Positions 30,953 to 48,578 are shown, counted from the stretch's first letter. The stretch is 64,000 bases of DNA from the human T2T-CHM13v2.0 reference genome, Homo sapiens (GCF_009914755.1 NC_060942.1); one strand, 5' to 3'. Notes: generated by a model not told the origin, from the letters alone. A program made the numbers and translations.

Positions 30953-32437
30953 ATTGCTGGCAATGTTTTTCTAATTTCTGCTGAGTGAGCAAACCAAGTG
31001 TTCCTGGGACTGCACTCCCAGTCCCTCCAGAAGGCCATTGTTGGGGAATGATCAGGAACTGGCCTTTATCTCTGCGACAGTTTATAGCCAGTCAGGCATT
31101 TTATTGTTTCCCCAGTTACGACGTGATTGGAATGTGGCCATCTCTTCGGAGCACTCCTGGAGGTTGAATTAATAAAGGGGATAGGCCAGGGAGTCCTGTG
31201 CTGGACAATGGAAGCTGCAGACTTGGGATCGCACAAACTCCCAGAAGTTCTTTTTTGGAAGGGAGGCAGCTGAGCTGGAAAGGGTTGAAAATCTGGAGTT
31301 CTCCTTTCGTATCTGGCTGCTGGGAGTGGGGTAGGTTGGGTTAGAAATCCCTAGCCATCATCTTGTTAAAACACTCCTGTGAAGCAGGCCAGTGCCAGGG
31401 CAGGGGGTGGTGGCTTCCTGGGGCCGTCTCTGAGTGGTGGCTGAGCCAAAATGTTGGAACGAGGATGGTAGAATTCAGCCAAAATACAATCCGTTTCACA
31501 CAGAGAGCAATTTTGAACAAAGATACAAAAATCAAAACCATCGGGTTTTTGCTCTTAAGGAACTTACAGTAAAGAACAATGAACAGAGCCACTTGGATGG
31601 CTGTGATCCGTGGTGGAATGCGATAGCTAGTACTAGGGAGGTACCAACGCGTGTGACAGGGGTTTAGGGTATTGTTGGGAGAGTCCCAGAAATCTGTTGT
31701 GGGTGCCTGCACCAGCCGAGGGCATCTGCAGAGCCACACCAAGCCAGTTGTGCATTTCCATGGAGATCCATGTTTTTGCCTCCATGAGCTGGTAGCCTGA
31801 AGGCATGAATTCATCAGTCTGAGCTGTGAGAAGAATGCATCCTCCTAGAGCTCGAGCAGTCCCTCTGGAGAGAAGCTGCTATGTCATGGGCCAGATCCGA
31901 TGCTTCCTGGGGCTGGCTACATGCCTTGGAAGGCAGTTGCCCAAGGGACTGCAAGTCTGTCACCCCTGTGATGCCTTAGACATTCTCCTTGATTTGAAAT
32001 AGGCCTTCGCCAAAGAGAAAGACCCTTCCCTGCTAACTGTGCCCTGGATTCCACAACCTGCTCATCCCACCAAACGTTGTCTCCCATATATCTTTAACAC
32101 CTCCCCTCTGGGCTAGCTTTTTCTATCTGCATTTAACATTTTCAAACCTCATTCATTTAAAAAAATGAATAAATAAAGTTCCTTCCCGCTGCCTTGCCTT
32201 CACAGCCCTATGTTGCTACCTTTCTGTTTCTCATACCTTCTGGAAGGTGTTTTCTAAACTTGCCCTTTCCACACTACCTTACCTCTCATTCCTGCCTTAA
32301 CTCACAGCTGTCTGGCTTGTCCTTCTCCTCAGGACCAACACTGCTCTCAGTGAGGTGCCAAGATGCCTGTGGGTAGGGCCAATGTTCATCCTTCTAGATA
32401 GATTCTTGACAGAGGTCAAGACAATTCTCTTGACCTC

Positions 32438-33341
<904 letters not shown>

Positions 33342-35137
33342 GTGACCTCTTGTTTCTCAGAAAAAAAAAATCCCATTCTTACGGTCTGTGATCCACACCT
33401 GTTCGTGGTTTCCTGGGTCTCCAACTTCCTCTCCTCAATCTCCTTTACCAGGCTCTGTTCTTGCATCCTAAACACTCTCTTCTCTCTCTCTTTTTCCTAC
33501 ATTCACTCTCAGCTGTTTCTCCAACATAATATACAAACCACCACCAATCCCTCATTCCTAACTGGACATCTTTCCTGAGCTCAACCCAGCTGTCTCCAGA
33601 CACCTAAACTGAGTGGGTGAGACTTAGTGTGCCCCCCTCTCCCTTTCCTGTGCCTCAATGAGCAGCTCAAGCCAGAAGGAGTCTGTGACTGAAGTGTGTG
33701 CTTGTCTCTGTGTGGTGACTGATGAGTACAGGACGCTCCTTGGAACCCATGATTTCTTCCCCATCCTCTGAGAGCAGGTTTGGAAAGGAGAGAGAGAGAG
33801 AGATTGAGAGAGAGAAATGGGGGAGGGAGGAGAGAGGCATGAGACGGAGCAGGTTTTCTCTTTTAGAAATGAACATGTTTTATTCATGTTTGCGACTTTG
33901 TAATAATGAACGGTTGTCAAGGCAGGATGCTGGCAGATTCCTCTCCAAGAATGCCCTTGGGGCTGAACCCAAACAGGAAAATCATCTTGACCTTTTCCTG
34001 AGATTAGATCTGGGTCGGGCACCTCATCAGAGAGTTGATTTAACAGCTGAAGTCCCCTGACAAGAAGTGGTGACTGAGGGGAGGGCTGGGCAAGGAGGGA
34101 GGGTTTTTAAGGAAGGGCTGGGTGTGTGAATGTTGCCACCGCCGGGCGGGGCTCTGTAGCCCTCATGAGGGTGGACGCCATGCTCCCCATCTCCTAGCAC
34201 AAAGCTTCAGGGAAACAGACCCTAGAGGACCTGGCAGGCTGGGGAGAAAGGAGGCGAGAGGCTGTAGCAGTGACATAGGCTAAACTGACCTCACCCCCAG
34301 CCGGGAGCTTGGAAGCTGCAGTGCCACGTGGGCCTTCAGGCTGCTCTGGTGGCTGTGACCACAGGCTGCGGAATGGCTTCTTGGCTTCTCTATGGCTCCT
34401 TGCTGTTCCTGGTTTTGAACAGTTGGGATGACTCCTTGGAAGGTTGGCTTGTGGCCTCTACCTTTCTATTTATTTTTTATGTTTGTATTCTTTTTTAGCC
34501 CTTACATCATTTGTAAGGCCTCTCCTTTACTAATGCGTTCTTGCTCCTTCCACCTTTCCCCCCATGTTCTTCTCTGATCCCAGTTACCTTTTCCTAGTGG
34601 AACTTGGTAATGCATCCCCTCTGGCTCTAACCTGGATCGCGTCTCCTAATTGATGTCTCCAGTTAGAGACCTCTGTCCCAAGGCTTGGCTTTTAGGAGGT
34701 TTCCTTCGCATCTTTTTCTTCTGCACAATGTTCCTTCACACAGTTATAAGACCTCTTCATGCCACGCCTCAGGCCAAATGTGTTTAGAAGCTCCCTGCAA
34801 ACGTGATGGACCCATTCTGAACAACTCACTCAGGGACCTGGTGCTCTCCCAGGCCCTTCCCTATTTTAAACTTGTCTGCAGCCACAGCACCCCTGCTCTG
34901 GCCCCTGACCTTCCCCCAACTTCAGTGTGTGTGACACACACGTATGCACACTCACTCTCACAACCTTCTTGCCTGGAATGCACTCCTTGGCATCTAGTCC
35001 TGACTTCTGCATTGTCAGGTTATGCTGGGACTCCATCCTCTCTCAGAACCTCAGTTCCCCCGGAGAAAACAGAAGCTTGGACCAGATGAGCTTTACTGGG
35101 ATCCCCTTCAGCACTGAGATTCTTTAACTTTGTGACT

Positions 35138-36015
<878 letters not shown>

Positions 36016-36030
36016 AGGAAAGCTAACAGA

Positions 36031-36330
<300 letters not shown>

Positions 36331-37856
36331 CTAACGGAGAATACGGACTTGGCCTCAGATACATCTGTGTTCCTGACAGCAGCAACACAGAAACTGCTGG
36401 ACAGGCCGTGTAGGGTTTGTTACTCTGTCCCACTGTGAGAGCAAAAGGTCTCGATGGTGTGGGTGTCTCTGAGTACAAAGTATGCCCCAGATGAATGGAA
36501 AGAAGGCGTGTTCCAGGGGTGTACATGGAGGCCATTTCTGGGCATTGGATGACAGCAGAAGTCAGAGTCTGAGCAGAGCTCTTCACTTTAGATGATGCCA
36601 GTGACCTTGGGATCTGCAATCTCACGCCATAAGCCTCTGCTCTCTTGTCTTAGCTTCTTATTCTGTAAAAATGGGGAGAATCTGTGAGGTTAACTATGGT
36701 AGTGTGGTGTGAGTGCCTGTCATATAAAGGGCACTCAGTAGGTATCAGTTTTCTGACCTCCTTCTGCCCATCCTTCCTTCCCTACACATTCTCAGGGAAG
36801 ACAGTTTCCCCTTGACTCAGCACCAAGTTTGAGACAAGTAATCTTCTCACTTTGTGGGACAGATATTTTCTTGTTCCACCTTTCCGCTCGGGTTTAGCCC
36901 TTTAGAGACCCAGCATAAAGTTTCCTGTCTGACTACCCACTTTGGGATGGCCCCAACCTTCGTTTCCATGTTCTCCAGCTTCACAACCTCTCTCACCGAT
37001 TTCCATCATCGACCAGTCCTGACCTTGTGGGTGAGAGGGAGTGCTTCCCTCTCAGGGAGGCATGGCCTCCCTGGCCAAAATGTAAACTTGTTCATTTCAG
37101 GAATTATTTTTTCTCCTCTTAAAGGCCCTGCCACGTGTGACTCAGACCCAGGGTTGTTCCTGAGCGAGACCTCAGTGGTAAATCACAAGGACTGGGCTCC
37201 AGCCCACACAGATGCTATCCTCTTTCTTCTGTGACTGTGTCTTAGCTTAAGTAGAAAAAAACAGAGAAACAAAGGCACTGTCTCATTCTGCGCAGCTGTT
37301 GTGCCCAGGGGTACTGGTCTAAGCCTCACTCTTCAAATCCCTTTGCAGCAGAAGGTAGAAGAATTTAGGCAAATAGAAGCTCCAAAGAAAATAAGGTCAT
37401 GGTTTAATGACCCCAGGCTTGTCTTGAATGAGCCAGTGGGTGACGGATTTCCACATTACCTCTGGCAGGTGAGGTTCATGGGCAAACACATTAAACAGGA
37501 ATGAGAATAGCATTCAGATTTCCATCATTAAATATCCATAATATTTGATCTTGTGAAAATAAACAACAAAGTGCTAGAAGAGAGGTCCTATGGAATAGCG
37601 AAAGTTGATTCATCTGGGCCAAAGGTGACCAGCTAGTGTGGCCAAGAGCGTGACAGCAGGAATTCAGGCTGCACGATGCTTCTCTGGGAGTGAATCTAGT
37701 TTGCCCAGTCTGTGTTCTGGGCCCAGAGTGTGTCCTTAGAGGGCGGCCCGTGGCCTGAACAAGAGCATTGCGGATTTGCCTGCAACCTCACCTAAATCCA
37801 GCAATTCTGAACTCGGAATAGGGAAACACGGCATCCGATTCCCAGGGGAGCTTGTG

Positions 37857-37858
<2 letters not shown>

Positions 37859-37907
<49 letters not shown>
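37859..37907 (+). repeat. (CA)n microsatellite inside a MER5 fragment
   Basis: About 24 CA units. Confidence 0.98.
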
Positions 37908-37908
<1 letters not shown>

Positions 37909-38499
37909 TTCCCTACCCATGTGGTTGTGTCTTGGTAGGACTGTAGTGTGGCCTGAGAATCTGCATGTTTACTGAACTCACCAGGTGATTCTGCCACATA
38001 GCCAGGTACAGGAACCACAGCTCTAACCCAGCATGAAGTGATCGGCGGTGGATACATCAACTTCCAAATTGGCCCCCATTCTGTTCCCTCTCTGTGCTTC
38101 TCCACTGCTTCTCAGCTGCCACGCTACGCTCTGTGTGTGTGCCCGTACGTGTGTGCATGCTCAAGAGTGTACAGTTCTCAGATCCACCCTCCCTACAATG
38201 AATGAAACTCTCCCACAGCCCTTCCCTGCCAGTTTTGAGAATCACTGCTTTCCTCATTTCCACGTCTCAGGCTGCATAGGAGAGGAAGTTCATCTGTGTG
38301 TGCACCGGGCTTTGGGATGCTGTTCCTTTGTTGGAGGGAGCAGAGCCCTTCCATGGCCTTGGGGGACATTTGGAAATGAAAGGAAAAGGTGCACCCCAGA
38401 GGTGGGGCTGTCTCTGGCCTGGACACGTGCTCTGTGGACCAACAGTTTTGCCATTGATAGGTGGTCTTACAGGGGGTTGTATAAAATTCCTCCGGAAAT

Positions 38500-39053
<554 letters not shown>

Positions 39054-39567
39054 CTAGGGGTGCCCCAGAAAGCCTCCTCAACCCTGTTTCTCCAGGCCCA
39101 CAGGCACGCCTTGCCCACTCCACATGCTTGCCTCTAGGCCAGTCCCTGCCCACTCCTCTTCCCTTGATGTTCTGTGCTCCAAGTCCCCTCTCCTTTGCCT
39201 CAGAAGACAAGCATGGGCCTCTTGTCACCTGAAGGGCTTCCTGCCCTTGCCACAGGGAGGACAGAGGTGTGTAATGGCACAAAGGGGGCATTGCAGAGCA
39301 TGCGCCTTGCCTGGGTTGCCCCCAGCGTGGCCCCTGGCTCCTGACTTCCTTCCGAGATTGAAGAAGGAAGTCATGTGCACAGAGGTCAGTAACAGCCCTA
39401 CCAGCCCCGGCTCCCTGTGTCAAAAATGCAACAGCTCACACCTCACTTGTCTTTCCACATCTTCTTTCCTGCCTGTCTATTCTTCTATCCTGCTGACTTT
39501 TATTTTTATTTTTTATAAAGTCCAATTAATCAATTTTAAAAAATAGATTGTACTTTTGGTGTTGTAA

Positions 39568-39891
<324 letters not shown>

Positions 39892-40574
39892 TCGGTTGGC
39901 TTTTTGAGCCTCTTTCTCTTTGTTTCCCCTTTTGGATCAATAGTGAACACGTGGGGGCTACCCTGCATTCTGATGTGGCCAATCCCTGGTCCTGGCCCCC
40001 TAGATTAATGCCCTGAGTCAATCAGCCATCCTCCAGACCATCCTCAATCTTATCCCTGGTCCTGGCCCTATCCTTTGAATCTTGCTGACCTGAGTGGAGG
40101 AAGTAGACAGGGAAGGAATCTAGCTGGGGAGGAGGAAGGAGAGGGCTTCTTCCTTGCCTCCACTCAACAGCTCTCTTTGCTATGTCCTTCGAGTGCTCTC
40201 TGATTAAGACGGCCTGGCTCAGGCCCCTCTTATACCCTGTTGCTCTCAGCATTTACATATCATGGCCATGACTTTGCAGGTTGACAGGAAACCAAAGCTT
40301 CATGTGAGCACATTCTATCATCCCAGTTAGATCAAAGAGGGCAGGAGATGCACCCTGCACTCACTAGTGCCCTGCACACTGGCAGAAGTCCAGCTGCTTG
40401 GCTAACTGGTTACTCCTGGTGAGACATTTCCTGGCTTCCTGGGAGGCACTGAAGGCAGTTTCCACCAGAGGCTTGGTCTCCAGGAAAGCCAACGCAAAGA
40501 AGAGCTAGCTCTCTTGGTGGGAAGAATTCCTGGGCTTATAAAGGAAGCATTTCAATGACCAAAGCACTCTGTTT

Positions 40575-40800
40575 ACTCATTCATTTATTCTTTCATTCAT
40601 TAATTCCTAGTAGGCCTACTCAGTGCCAATCTAGGTAATACACAGTCCCTGGGAGCTTACCATCTTGTTGGGAAGATGAGACTTGAAACAATGGGACAAG
40701 GCAAATAAGATTAAATGCCCCAGATACTTGATTTGAATCATGGATTGAGGAGGTAAGAGAAGAATGGTGGGGCTATAGGAGAGGGTAGGTGCTCTCTAGG
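40575..40800 (-). mobile_element. L2 3' end
   Basis: ctcattcatttattctttcattcatt...ggcctactcagtgcca. Confidence 0.7.
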
Positions 40801-42590
40801 AAGCAAGCGGTTTCCCAGCCCTGGAAGAAAGGGTAGGATTTAGACATGTAGATGAGAACATGGAAGACCTTCCAGACACAAGAAATGAGCAAAACCTCGG
40901 TGTTTTGCAGTGAGAGCAGAGGGCATTCTGGGGCAGTGGAGGGAGCTTGAAGAAATCAGTGTGGGTTCTGTGCTGCTGCCCTGGATGCAGCAGGCCGGTG
41001 GGCCATGCTGGCCATTCCAAGCCTTGTCTGGGAATTGCTCTGGTAACCAAGAATGCACTGAGAGTGACGGACGTGCTGAGGCTGCACTCCCCTCTTCCCA
41101 TGCCCTATGAGCAGGCCCAGGCGGGGCCGAGGCCCCATCCAAACCACTCTTGTCTTGGTTCCGGCCCAGAAGTAGCAAGAGAAGCTGGAAAGGCAAAGCT
41201 TCTTGATTTCCACTGCTTTCTGAGCTGGCCAGGTGGAAGGCAGCCAGGGAGGAGCAGCTGGCGACAGCCCGCCTGACTGCCTCGGATGGCAGGCAGCTAC
41301 TCAAGGGAACAATTGGGCAGAAGCAGGGGGCAGGGGGGTCAGGGAACATGGACCAGTGGAATTCTGAACAAGGTCAAAGTCCAATTTGGTACAGTGCTTG
41401 ATTACCAATTTAAATCTCATCTTTCCTTCCAGAGTGGCTGCCCCCTGCAGGAGAGGCCAGGGCTGCCACAGGGGAAATTTGCATTTTAGGATTCCAAGTG
41501 CAGGGTGCCCTGGCAGGGCTGTACTCAGCCGGCGGTCCAACGGGTGCTCGCCCTTGCACCTGGCAGTCGCATGTTGAATATGCTCCTATTTTCCCTACTT
41601 CTGGCTGCCTGTATGCTTGGGAAACAAACACAAAACGAAAAACTCTTCTTACCTCTTGCAGTCAGGGGAGGATCCCAAAGCATGCAGGGTGGGAGGTGGT
41701 GGGGTCTAGACAGTGGGTAGTGATCGTAGGTTTTTCACACCTGAGGCTGGAAGAAAGTGCTAAGGGATTGGCAGTCAAATGGGCAGCAGGGCACTTAAGG
41801 GGGTGATGTGGAATGGAGCCCATAGAAAGAGGCAGGAATCTGGGGTGCAGTGGTGGCTCAAGGGTGGGTTCTACAGAAATGGTTGATCGATTGATTCCAG
41901 GCATGTAATTCGGTTTGAAAACAAGCTCCTCTTTGAGACTCTTCCCTTGGGGCAGTTGGTTCTCAGTCTTTGACTTCACCTGGGATGCTTTTGAAAATAT
42001 TAATGCCTAATTGTTAATGGCCTGGAAATTCTTTCCTACTTTATTTTATTCATCCATTCATTCTCATCAAGAAAGCAAACCTACGCTTTTTAAAATTTTT
42101 AATTTTTGCTCCTAAAAAAGCAAACCTAAACCTGCAAATTCTGTTTAGCAAATCCACAACTTCTGTCTCTTCCCATCAACACCAGTACCTCTACCACCAT
42201 TACCACCATCCCAAGGTAAGGTGTGGAAAGCTCCTCTGCCCTGGCATGTCCTACAGAACTCCCTGGGGTGGGTCTTTTTGTTACCCCTTTACCATTAAAT
42301 CAACACACATTTATTGGGTACCTAAGTGTTGGTGAGAATGGCTGCACAGCCTAAAGTCTAGGCTGCTTTTGGTGTTTGGTTTCTTTCAGCTGTATAGGAC
42401 TTTCTGTGAGAAGAGGGAGTATATGGTGCAATTTGTTCATGACATCAGAGTTCATGGGGACAATGACCTGCTTGTAGAGAGTTTGCTTGCTGGCATATCC
42501 AAAGGCAATGCCTGTTGCAATCTTTTAGCTGCTGTGGGGCTGGGCATCAGGACTGGATTACCCAACACCCTGTGACCAGGAGCCTTGTGG

Positions 42591-42592
<2 letters not shown>

Positions 42593-42628
<36 letters not shown>
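42593..42628 (+). repeat. (CA)n microsatellite
   Basis: About 18 CA units. Confidence 0.98.
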
Positions 42629-42630
<2 letters not shown>

Positions 42631-45600
42631 ACACCCTTCCTTACCTGAGGCACCTGAAGATACATTTTGTGCATCCTGCAGTTAAGTTGATGGTCAACCA
42701 GGCCCAGCTGGCCCAGACTCCATCTGAGTAATCCTGGGACTCATGGAGTGCACTTAGATTTATTGTGGGCCCCAGGGGTTCATCACTCTCCCCTTTTCAG
42801 GTGACAATGGGGACAGAAGCTGCCGTGATGGGGACCCTCTGTTATCTTTTCTTGTCTGACTGGAAGGAGAAAGGAATGCCTGAAATCAGCCTATTGCAGA
42901 GGACAGTGGGCTCCCTCAGGACTCAGAGTCCTCAGGCTCTCACTGGTGTCCATGGCTGGCAGGATGTCTGGGAGGCTACTCAGAGATGGCCACTAGATAA
43001 CCAGGCTACATATGATATTTGCTGGGACACGTTCCCCACGTGGAAACTCCAGCCCCACCCAGTCCCATTTGCCACTCACCTTGGAAGTGTTAGGAGCTTT
43101 CGTGGGGGCACATTTAGGCCCCACTGCAGATCAGAAATCTTCAGTAGCTCCAGGGGCCCACAGCGTAAAGCCCAGAGGCCTTCGGGTGCCATCCAGGACA
43201 TTTTGTCATCTCCTCCCAACTGTCCTCTCCAGCCCCTTCTGCCTTTCCTCTCCCTTGGATCTTCTGCTCAGACTGGCCCCCTCTCTGCCCACCTCACCCC
43301 TGACTCACCTAGGATGTTGCCCAGGCCTTTGACCCCATGTGCCGTTAGTACCGAAGGTGGGGGAGCACTCGCTTTCTCCCTGGATGCCCACCAAATCCCG
43401 CCACACATTCTAGGACCAGTTCTAGGAAACCTGCCTCCACTGGGAGTGATTTCTGGGCGTTTCTCCAGGGTGGTGCCTTGTATTAATCACCTCTGCATCT
43501 GCAGTGGTTGGTATGGTGTGAAGAAGACTCTCAAGAAGCCCTGGCTGGATCAACACTCGCACACGAATGATCTCTGTCCTTCCTGCAGCACTCTGCCTTA
43601 GGTGTGCTTGTTTGCATGTGCGTGTATCATCTTAACCACCTCATGAGCTCACGGAAGGCACAGCCATGCATTTCACTCCTCTACGACCTCACAGGCAGCC
43701 GGACCTCTTGTGCATGCAAGTGTTCTGTGATAGATGTGTTCTGATGATAAGGAAGACAGACATTGAAAGTAGCTTTCTTTCTGCTCCCTGATTTGGACCC
43801 TGGGCTCCAGCCAAGCCTGTTTCTTCACTGTCCCTGTCACATGCTCCCTGCTCCCCTGGGCGATCACATTTGCTCATTCTGTACTCCAGTCCCTACTTTT
43901 GTCCCCAGTCCTGGTTATTGTCCCCAAGGTCAGATTGAACCCCACCTCATCCATAATCCCCACCTCCAGATCTCTTGGGACCGGAAGACTGCAAAGATGC
44001 TCAGTTCACCAACTGGAGTACCCAAGCAATACCATAGTTCTTCCTTTTCTGTAAAATGGCTCAATGCTGACTTCACATCCCCATCATACTGGGCTGTCCA
44101 GAAATTCAACCCAGGTCTTTCTTTGGTCACCCTCTGGTCCCCCACTGGGTTGGCTAAAGGCTCCCAGCCCCTCTTGCCATGGGTCCTTACTGGTCACAGT
44201 GGAGGATGCCCCTGCCTGGCAGGTGTGGCCTCTGTGGATCTACTGTGCTGTGTCTTGCTGGTCACCTTTGAGTTACGGGCTTCTGTGGTGAGCCCAGTGC
44301 CCAAGGTCCAGCCTCCCTGCTGTGCCATAAAAGCCATTCCTTCTGAGAGCCTCTCAGTGTGAGGTGCTTTCGGGGAGCAGGTTGTAAGTTTCTATTGATT
44401 TGGGGACCCACAGGCCACTCCCTAATTACTGATTTTAGTCTAGGAACATCCCACTCCTCAAGTCCCGTTCTCCTCAACTTTGGAAAGTTCAGACACCCCG
44501 CTGCAAAATTCTCCCAGGCAAGGAAATTGAAGCCACCACCTGTGAGAGCTGGGGAAGGCAAGGGCAAAGACAAAAGAGGGGCATGGGCACTAGTTCAAAA
44601 ATTCCTGTGCCTGGCCCCTCTCTTCTGAGCTCCATTTGTATTAATAAACACTCTTTGAGTGCTCTTTACTTTTTAAATGCAATACTCTTGTCCCGCGAAT
44701 GAAAGTGTAAATCCTGTGAGATCCATTCCCTGGTGGATGAGACCTATTTTCTCATATTTCCTCCTTAGCAACTCGTGCAGAGCTAAGTGCGCGGTAAGGG
44801 AGTGTCAGGGCTTGTTGGCTGACTCTTGTGTCCAGAGCTCATCAGAGAATGACTCCGGCTCTGCTCCAGCTTCTTTGAAAGCGAGGCTTTTGCCTCGGCA
44901 GCCCTCACTGCTTCCTGTCCTCAAGAAGACATCAGCTCTACTCATAGCTGCCTCTCCTCCCCAAACTCTTCCTGCCTGTGGTCCTCTCCCACCAGCCCCA
45001 CGATGTTCGCCTTGTCCTGGAGTGGGGGAAGACAGCCCACAGCAAAGAGACACGCTTCCTTCTACATCCTGGCTGGGATGCAGAACTGAGTGATGCCAGT
45101 CCCAGCCCCTTGTGCGGTAGGAAGGCTGCAGGTCCTTGGGAGAAGTTTTGAAATTCCCTTTCTCTTCCTCTCCTGGTGGGACTGAGATATTGATAAAAAG
45201 TCTCAGCAATAAGGGGAGAGAACACAGCGAAGGAGAGGTCTGTAGTCACAGCTAATCTCAGGCTAGTTCTAGGCATTCTTCCTTCCTTCATCCTTTGAGC
45301 CTGACCTCCCTCCATTCCCTCCCGCCTTTCTTTCAAACTCACCTTGACTCTCTATTCCCAGCTCCCCAACTCAAGTCATCAATGTTAACAGACTAGTGCC
45401 CATCCCACTACACCTTTCTTCATACATGTGCACACAATCATACAAACTCATCTATAGGTTAACTCATGGTGGTGTATTTTTTTTAAAATAACATCATTCT
45501 ATATAGACTTTCTGTATCTTGCTATTCTTGCATAACAATGTCATATTAAAATCCCTCCAGGTTAACTGGCATAAATAGTATGCCTTTTTAAATGGCTAAA

Positions 45601-45707
45601 TACTATTCCTTGAAATGGCTACACCACCATTTATTAAACAGGTTTCTATTGATAGGCCATCAGACTGGTTTCTGTTTTATGCAATATAAACAATGCTTCT
45701 GTGTTGA

Positions 45708-46013
<306 letters not shown>

Positions 46014-47489
46014 AATTGGTGCTTTTTAATGCTATGGAATAGATTCCCATACATGATTTCTGATTAAAGGGAATGCATGAAGGTACGATTTAGGTACAGT
46101 AAAATTAACCCATGTTCATGTAGATTTCTGCAAGTTTGCACAGACACATACAGATCATAACCAACACCATAATCAAGATACAGAACAGGTCCATAACCTC
46201 AGAAAGTTACTTTTTTTTTTTTTTGTAGTCAATATCTTCTCCATCTCCCACCCTTGAAACCACTGATCTGTTTCTATAGTTTTGCCTTTTCTAGATTGTC
46301 ATAGAAATGGAATCACAGAGTAGACTTTTGAGTCTGGCTTCTTTCACTTAGCATGATAAGATCCATCCACAACAAGACTCATTCATTCATAACAAAATTC
46401 ATCCATATCATTCATTTATAAAACGATTCACATTGTTGCAAATATCAGTGATTTGTTTCCTTTTATTCTGACTAGTATTTTACTCTATGGATGTACTAAT
46501 GGATTATTTATCCATTCCTCAGTTGAGAGACACTTGTGTTGTTTCCATTTTTTGACACTTAAAATAAAACTGCTATAAACATTCATGTAAAGTTTATTTA
46601 TGTGGATGTATGGTTTCATTTCTCTTGGTTAAATTTCTAGAAATAGGATTGCTGGGTTGTATGCTAAGTATATATTTAATTTTACAAGGAACTGCCACCT
46701 GTTTTCTATGGCTGTACCACTTTGAATTCCCACCAGCAGTACATGTTGTTCTGTGTCCTTGATAGCACGTGGTGTTGTTATTTTGATTTTAGCCATCCTA
46801 GTGTTTACTGGTATCTCATTGTGGATTTAATTTGAATTTCCCTAATGACAAGTGTCATCAAACATCTTTTCCTGTGCTTAATTGCCATCTATGTTTCTTC
46901 TCTTTCTCAAAGATTCTTTTCAAACCTTTTACCTTTTTTCTTTATTCAACTGCTTGTTTTCTTATTTGAGAATTCTTTATGTAACCTGGATACAAGTTAT
47001 TTATGTGTTTGCAAATATTATTTTCCAGTGTGTAGCCTGTTTTTTTTTTTCATCCTCTTAAGTGTGCTTTTAAAAAGTTTTTAGTAAAGTCTAACAACAA
47101 TTTTTGTCTTCTCTGGATCATAGTTTTGATACAGCACCTGAGAAATATTTGCCTAACACAAAGTCATGGAGATTTTCTTGTATGTTTTCCTCTGTGTTTT
47201 ATAATTTTAGGTTTATAGTTTTTGATTTTATACTTTGGCATATGATTCATTTTTAAAGTGAATTTTTGAATAAGGTAGGCTGCATGGGTTGAGGTTAATT
47301 CATTTGCATATGGACATCCAATTGTTTGACAACATTGGCTAAAAGGATCATCTTTTCTCATTGAGATGACTTCATACCTTTGTAAAAAATCAACTGACCA
47401 TATTTGTTTGGGTCTATTTCTGGACTTTCTAATTTTTTCCATTAATATATATGTCTATGCTTTCTCTAATACCAGATATTTTTTAGTGT

Positions 47490-47789
47490 ATTTTTTTTTT
47501 TTTTTTTTGAGACGGAGTCTCGCTCTGTCGCCCAGGCTGCAGTGTAGTGGCGCGATCTTGAGTTACTGTAAGCTCCGCCTCCTGGGTTCACATCATTTTC
47601 CTGCCTCAGCCTCCTGAGTAGCTGGGACTACAGGCGCCCGCCACCACGCCCAGCTAATTTTTTGTATTTTTAGTGGAGACAGGGTTTCACCATGTTAGCC
47701 AGGATGGTCTCAATCTCCTGACCTTGTGATCCACCCGCCTCGGCCTCCCAAAGTGCTGGGATTACAGATGTGAGACACCGTGCCTGGCC
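47490..47789 (-). mobile_element. AluY
   Basis: aagctccgcc diagnostic; TSD ttagtgta. Confidence 0.95.
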
Positions 47790-48159
47790 TTAGTGTACTT
47801 ATTTTTAATTTTAATAAATATATTTTTATAAAGTATTGTTCAATTGCTTTCCAAATAGGCTGACCGATTCTTCTTTTCAATAGAATATATGAAAGTGTCC
47901 TATTCCTACATATTTTTGAGCAAAGGGTATCATCACACATTATTTTTTGCCAGTATCCTGGGTTAGAAGTATCTCAGCATTACTTCAATTCTGAATATTT
48001 TCTTTTAATTAGTCCTCTATATTACACTGGGGTAGAGAGAGGCAGAAGGAAAGAGCAGAGGTGAAGTTAAGCTTACAACATAAGCCTACTGTGACCCACA
48101 GTTTGTGCTAGGTCTTTTTTTCTATGTTAGATTTTATTTTTAATTTGAACACTTTTTTG

Positions 48160-48545
48160 ATTTAATTTTTTTGTGTTAAAATATATATAACATAAAATTT
48201 ACCCTTTTAACCATTTTTAAGTGTACAATTCAGTGGCATTAAATACCACACTCACATTGTTGTGCAACTGTCACCACTATCCATTTCTAGAACTTCTTTT
48301 TCATGATCCCAAACAGAAACTCTAGAACTTTTTCATGATCCCAAACAGAAACTCTAGGACTTTTTCATGATCCCAAACAGAAACTCTCGAACTTTTTCAC
48401 GATCCCAACAGAAACTCTAGAACTTTTTATGATCCCAAACAGAAACTCTGGAACTTTTTCATTATCCTAAACAGAAGTTATTAAACAATAGCTCCCATTT
48501 CCTTCTCACTCCAGTCCCTGGTAACCTGTACTCTACTTTCTGTAG
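48160..48545 (-). mobile_element. L1MB 3' end
   Basis: aacataaaatttacccttttaaccatttttaagtgtacaattcagtggcattaa. Confidence 0.9.
48286..48478 (+). repeat. Minisatellite, 6 x ~32 bp
   Basis: Unit tctagaactttttcatgatcccaaacagaaac. Confidence 0.95.
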
Positions 48546-48578
48546 ACAGTGTAGGTGTAACAATAGGGTTTTTTTTTT

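Noticed and set aside
42765-43601. Longest ORF (278 aa)
   Set aside because: Non-ATG start, no recognisable domain, Pro/Ser/Leu-rich composition expected by chance in GC-richer DNA, and no exon context.
48286-48478. CRISPR-like array of ~32-bp repeats
   Set aside because: Units are contiguous with no unique spacers, derive from L1, and the DNA is primate with no cas genes.
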